A stretch of DNA of 64,000 bases from positions 62,001 through 126,000 of the IMG/VR virus record IMGVR_UViG_3300028131_000823; one strand, given 5' to 3'. Shown piece after piece: positions 59,806 to 64,000 of the stretch; position 1 is the stretch's first letter; each line of letters opens with the position of its first letter. The notes beneath the pieces are model-generated. The model saw only the letters and a list, made by a program, of their open reading frames with translations, was not told the DNA's origin and did no database searches. Both the position numbers and the translations under genes were made by a program.

Positions 59806-60636
59806 ATGAAAAATCTTATATTAACCGCTAGTCTTGGAGATAGACCTTTTAAAAAATATGCGTTCTTTTCAATGGAAGAATATGCTAAAAAAACAAATGC
59901 AGATTTTATAGTAGCAGAAGATATAGAAATTCCAAAAGAATTAAAAGAACTAAAAGTAGGTAGAGGAAATAATACATCGTATTTAAAAAAGATACTGTGG
60001 ATAAGAAAATATTTAAAAGAATACGATAAAGTATTATGGCTAGATGACACATGTTACGTGAATCCAAATTGTCCAAATTTATTTAATTTTGTTCCAAGTG
60101 GATATGTGGCAGCTGCTTCTGAATCTCAATTAATGTATGTTGGCTTTAAAGAAGCATATAAGGATTTTTTAAAAAGGTGGACCATTTATAAAAACGAAAG
60201 AGACACTACATTTAATACAGGTGTTATTTTATATACTAAAGAGTGTAAACATATGTTTAGTAATGATAATTTACTAAATACAATTGCTAAATTGTGTTTG
60301 ACTTCTCAATGGCCACAACAATTACTTACAAACTATTTGATAATAATTAATAATATTCCAAGAATTGTTTTAGATTCTAAATTTAATAGAATGCATATAT
60401 GTGAAAAATACGAACCATATATAGAAAGACGCGAATTAATTAGTGAGAAAGAAGGTAAAATAAAAGACGTGTCAGATGAATTTTTTAAAAAAAATTTTAA
60501 ATTTAATAAAAAGCTTTTAAAACAAGATCCATTTGTATATGAGGCATTTATATATCACCTTGCAGGAAAATCAAAAGAAGTTAGAGAAAACCTTCTTAAA
60601 CAAATACATAAAACTTTTTCAAAAGTAAAAATATGA
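59806..60636 (+). CDS. GT-A glycosyltransferase (GT8/GT34-like)
   Basis: YAKKTNADF, YDKVLWLDD, FNTGVILY, QQLL. Confidence 0.7.
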   Translation: MKNLILTASLGDRPFKKYAFFSMEEYAKKTNADFIVAEDIEIPKELKELKVGRGNNTSYLKKILWIRKYLKEYDKVLWLDDTCYVNPNCPNLFNFVPSGYVAAASESQLMYVGFKEAYKDFLKRWTIYKNERDTTFNTGVILYTKECKHMFSNDNLLNTIAKLCLTSQWPQQLLTNYLIIINNIPRIVLDSKFNRMHICEKYEPYIERRELISEKEGKIKDVSDEFFKKNFKFNKKLLKQDPFVYEAFIYHLAGKSKEVRENLLKQIHKTFSKVKI

Positions 60637-61064
60637 AAATAGGAATTACATGTTCAACATTTGACCTTTTACATGCAGGTCATATTAAAATGCTAGAAGA
60701 AGCCAAGAGTCAATGTGACTACCTAATATGTGCTCTTCAAACAGATCCAACAATTGACAGACCAGGTACAAAAAATAAGCCAATTCAATCTTTAGTAGAA
60801 AGGTTTATTCAATTAGAAGGTTGTAGTTACGTGGATAAAATATTACCATATCAAACTGAGAAAGACTTAATTGATATTTTTAGTTCATTTAAACTTGATG
60901 TAAGAATTATAGGTGGAGAATATTTTGGCAAGGAATTTACAGCAAAAGACATTTGTGAAAAAAGAGGTATTGAAATCTTTTACAACAAAAGAGATCATGG
61001 GTTTTCAAGCACTGAATTAAGAAATAGAATTTTTGAATTAGAACTTAAAAAAAGAAACAAATAA
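60633..61064 (+). CDS. TagD-like cytidylyltransferase
   Basis: TFDLLHAGH (HxGH), ER...L....YVD, FSSTELR. Confidence 0.88.
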   Translation: MKIGITCSTFDLLHAGHIKMLEEAKSQCDYLICALQTDPTIDRPGTKNKPIQSLVERFIQLEGCSYVDKILPYQTEKDLIDIFSSFKLDVRIIGGEYFGKEFTAKDICEKRGIEIFYNKRDHGFSSTELRNRIFELELKKRNK

Positions 61065-61113
61065 AAACTTCTTTATATAATATTAGTAAATTAATAAAAA
61101 TAAAACATAAATT

Positions 61114-61296
61114 ATGACAGAATTATTAGAACAATTACAAACAACTTTAGATAGTATTCAAGATGATGCTTCAAAGTTCAATGAAAAAGGCAACAAGGCT
61201 GCTGGTACTAGAGTAAGAAAAGGAATGCAAGCTATTAAAGCTTTAGCACAAGACGTAAGAGTACACGTTTCTGAAACTAATAAAGCTAACGGTTAA
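61114..61296 (+). CDS. Hc1-like histone H1-like protein
   Basis: EKGNKAAGTRVRK motif typical of Bacteroidota Hc1 homologs. Confidence 0.75.
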   Translation: MTELLEQLQTTLDSIQDDASKFNEKGNKAAGTRVRKGMQAIKALAQDVRVHVSETNKANG

Positions 61297-61373
61297 ATTA
61301 CAAAATTAGTAGACAGGTTACATGACCTTCTAGGCACCTCTAGATAACTTTGTTTCCTGTCTATTATGTTTTT

Positions 61374-61447
61374 GCCTTTGTAGCTCAGCTGGCTAGAGCA
61401 GCTGATTTGTAATCAGCAGGTCGTGGGTTCGAGTCCCTCCAAAGGCT
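61374..61447 (+). tRNA. tRNA-Thr(UGU)
   Basis: GCCTTTG/CAAAGGC acceptor, GCTGA-TT TGT AA-TCAGC anticodon arm; no CCA. Confidence 0.92.
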
Positions 61448-61460
61448 CTAAATAAAAATT

Positions 61461-61952
61461 ATGAAACTAACAAGTATTTTATATTGGTTATATCAACCCT
61501 TTAGTTATTGGTATAACTTTATTCTAGAATTTAGAATTTGGTTTATTTTTCAAACTACTACTAAGCGAAACAGAAAAAAACTCGAAGAACGTGATTTAAG
61601 AGTCGATTGGATCGGTAGAGTTTATGGTGTTGTGAATATGCCAGATGAAGTTTTAGGTGCTGCTGAGGAAATACAACAAGCCTTTGTATTAAAACAACTT
61701 GGCCAATTCGGAGGTATCTTAAATGAACTTAAATTATCAAACGTTGTCTATCCACAGATGCAAGAAATTAAAGGCAGTGGAGCATATCTTGTTATATTTT
61801 GGCCAGTTCTTGATCGATTAAATGTATTTGCAATTATCGGTAGTATATTATATACTCTAATCTATGCATTTATTGTTTATTTAATAGCAAGAATTTTTAT
61901 AATCAATGAAGTATTTGGAAACTTATTTGATTTTATCAATAAATTATTATAA
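61461..61952 (+). CDS. Membrane hypothetical protein
   Basis: LRVDWIGRVYGVVN; hydrophobic termini. Confidence 0.7.
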   Translation: MKLTSILYWLYQPFSYWYNFILEFRIWFIFQTTTKRNRKKLEERDLRVDWIGRVYGVVNMPDEVLGAAEEIQQAFVLKQLGQFGGILNELKLSNVVYPQMQEIKGSGAYLVIFWPVLDRLNVFAIIGSILYTLIYAFIVYLIARIFIINEVFGNLFDFINKLL

Positions 61953-62707
61953 TGGAAGAAGTAAAAAGAGTCCACAAAGATGGCAAAAGGTTTTATCAAG
62001 TCACAAAGGATAATAAGGTAATTGCAACACTACCTTCTGTAACTACGGTTATGGGAGAGATGTCAGATAAGAGTGGCCTTGAAAAATGGAAAAAAAGAGT
62101 TGGTGAAAAAGAGGCAAATAGAATTAGTCAGCTATCCATGAATAGAGGTACAATTATGCACCGTCAAATAGAATTATATAAAGGATTTGCAGGTACTCCA
62201 GAAGAAATGAAAGAACAGCTTACTGAAGTTTGTAAGACCGATGAAGAAATTAACGAAATAGTAAAATTAGAGAATGGTGAATTATATTTAGAAGAAGCAT
62301 GGAAAATGTTTGATAAATTCTTTTATAATCAAAGTAGATTCTTTTCAAGAATAGATGAGGTATTGGATGCTGAAAGGTTTCTTTGGACTCTTAAAGGTGG
62401 TGAATATGCAGGTACGCTTGATAATGTATCAAGAATGAAAGATGGCAGCGTACAAATCATAGACTATAAAAATAGTAGAAGACCTAAAAGAATTGAATGG
62501 GTTAGAGATTATTTTAGACAAACTGCAGCATATTGGGTAGCCTATTGGGATAGAACAGGTATTAAAGCTGATGGAGCTGAAATATGGATAGCCAATGAAG
62601 AGGATGATATGCCACAGTGTTTTACATTGGATCAAGAAGACCTAATGGATAATTATAAAAGCTTTATGGAAACAAGAAAGGCTTTCAAGAACAAGTTCGG
62701 ATATTAA
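61952..62707 (+). CDS. PD-(D/E)xK Cas4-like exonuclease
   Basis: PSVTT, RGT.MH, AGTLD, IIDYKNS, QTAAY. Confidence 0.85.
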   Translation: MEEVKRVHKDGKRFYQVTKDNKVIATLPSVTTVMGEMSDKSGLEKWKKRVGEKEANRISQLSMNRGTIMHRQIELYKGFAGTPEEMKEQLTEVCKTDEEINEIVKLENGELYLEEAWKMFDKFFYNQSRFFSRIDEVLDAERFLWTLKGGEYAGTLDNVSRMKDGSVQIIDYKNSRRPKRIEWVRDYFRQTAAYWVAYWDRTGIKADGAEIWIANEEDDMPQCFTLDQEDLMDNYKSFMETRKAFKNKFGY

Positions 62708-62741
62708 GAGGATATATAATCCTATAAAAAAACTTAAAGAC

Positions 62742-64000
62742 ATGTTTAAAAATTTATCTGAAAAGTTATTTCCTTTTTTAATAGCATTAACTGCACTATC
62801 CGTAAGTGCCTCTGCGGCGTTTTATTCAGTCAGTGGTTTAAGTAAACTTTTTGCAGGTGCAAGTCTTGCGGTTATCATAATGGCAGGTAGTCTTGAAGTT
62901 GCTAAACTAGTTATCGCATCATTATTATATCAATATAGAAATACAATTCCAAAAATGCTTAAGTATTATTTAACAATAGCATGTTTTGTTTTAGTATTAA
63001 TAACATCAATGGGTATTTATGGATTTTTAAGTGCGGCATATCAAGAAACTGCAAATAAAGAAGGTAATAGAGATGCACAAATTACTTTAATAGAAACTAA
63101 GAGAGATAATGTACAAGGTCAATTAGATGTTTATACCGAAGAAAAATCTAATATTGATGAGGCAGTTACAGAATTAAGAAAAGGACTTTCAAATAATAAA
63201 GTTCAATGGAGAGATAAAGAAACAGGTCAAATTATTACATCAACTTCAAGTAGAACAAGAAAAGCTTTAGAAAAACAACTTGATCAGGCTATAGGCCGAC
63301 AAGATGTTATTAACGAAAAAGTAGATGTATTAAATGAAAAACTATTTAATTTTGAAGCTGAAATAGTTGAAGCAAAAATAGGAGACGGTAGTGCAGGTGA
63401 ACTTGGCCCATTAAAATATTTAGCAAGTGTTACAGGAGTTCCAATGGATAAAATTATTAATGTGCTTTTATTAATTATAATATTTGTATTTGATCCACTT
63501 GCAATTGCATTGGTAATTGCAGCTAACTTTGCATTTGAAAGACTTAAGAAAAAACAAAAGGAATGGATTGAAGATAAGGCATTTTCAGAACACGTTGATG
63601 AAATTCTACATGAAGATGAAGAAAACATTTTAGATGTGAATTCACCTTTACCAGGAGAAGAACATAAAGAAGATGAATGGGGAAGTGAAGGCCCACCATG
63701 GTATGACGAGGACTATGATGAAGATTCACCAAATAAAGAATTAAAACAAGCTGATGAAAGATATAAAGAAAACTTAACGGAAGAAGAAGAAGCTTGGAAA
63801 GATGAAATAGATGAAACTGAACATTTATTATCTTTAGAAAAAAATAAAGAATATTTAGAAGATTCAATAGAACAAGCTGAGGAAATAGAAAAAACCTTTC
63901 AAGGAAGTGAAGGACTTTTAAAAGAGACTAAAGAAGAATCAAACAAAAATGGTTTTTTAAATAAAGAAACTAAAAAAGAAGAAACTAAAAAAGATTTATT
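62742..64000 (+). CDS. Membrane and coiled-coil protein, truncated by the window end (not in ORF track)
   Basis: AAFYSVSGL, LEVAKL, YGFLSAAYQ, GELGPLKYLA, FDPLAI; acidic tail; late motif at 62711. Confidence 0.8.
   Translation, partial: MFKNLSEKLFPFLIALTALSVSASAAFYSVSGLSKLFAGASLAVIIMAGSLEVAKLVIASLLYQYRNTIPKMLKYYLTIACFVLVLITSMGIYGFLSAAYQETANKEGNRDAQITLIETKRDNVQGQLDVYTEEKSNIDEAVTELRKGLSNNKVQWRDKETGQIITSTSSRTRKALEKQLDQAIGRQDVINEKVDVLNEKLFNFEAEIVEAKIGDGSAGELGPLKYLASVTGVPMDKIINVLLLIIIFVFDPLAIALVIAANFAFERLKKKQKEWIEDKAFSEHVDEILHEDEENILDVNSPLPGEEHKEDEWGSEGPPWYDEDYDEDSPNKELKQADERYKENLTEEEEAWKDEIDETEHLLSLEKNKEYLEDSIEQAEEIEKTFQGSEGLLKETKEESNKNGFLNKETKKEETKKDL

Noticed and set aside
59688-60050. Minus-strand ORF over the tRNA-Ala, and the 59770 start for the GT
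   Set aside because: Antisense to a clear tRNA and CDS; the GT start is more plausibly ATG 59806, after the tRNA
960-63867. Numerous short minus-strand and alternate-frame ORFs in the track
   Set aside because: They lie within longer recognizable genes, have no promoter motif and read as shadow ORFs
1-64000. Stop-codon reassignment, as in some large phages
   Set aside because: Core genes are intact in the standard code and TAA, TAG and TGA all terminate genes

Overview
64 kb AT-rich window from a large, lytic T4-like (Caudoviricetes myovirus, probably jumbo) phage. Almost all genes lie on the + strand and use the standard code. The host is most likely Bacteroidota/Flavobacteriia, inferred from sigma-ABfr-like TTTC-N19-TATATTAG promoters, A-rich starts without Shine-Dalgarno sites, an Hc1-like gene and a signal peptide that follows the Bacteroidota Gln(+1) rule. 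The window holds the replication core (split PolB, clamp, clamp loader, UvsX, gp41, gp46/47, RNase H, ligase, NrdAB) and the morphogenesis core (gp15, gp4, gp2, portal, protease-scaffold fusion, MCP, gp14, terminases, sheath, tube, hub/chaperone, tape measure). It also has two sigma factors (gp55-like and ECF-like), two tRNAs and many accessory genes. Highlights: (1) a compact, editing-less alanyl-tRNA synthetase together with a G3:U70 tRNA-Ala; (2) three distinct promoter motifs, read directly from the sequence, that imply an early to ECF-sigma to gp55 cascade; (3) a probable DNA-glycosylation cassette whose glycosyltransferase ends in a clamp-binding-like motif; (4) a dispersed family of late proteins with T4-like capsid-targeting leaders; (5) a candidate +1 frameshift before the tape measure gene; (6) late-expressed glycosyltransferases beside the major capsid gene. 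All assignments are by-eye motif recognition; no searches were run.
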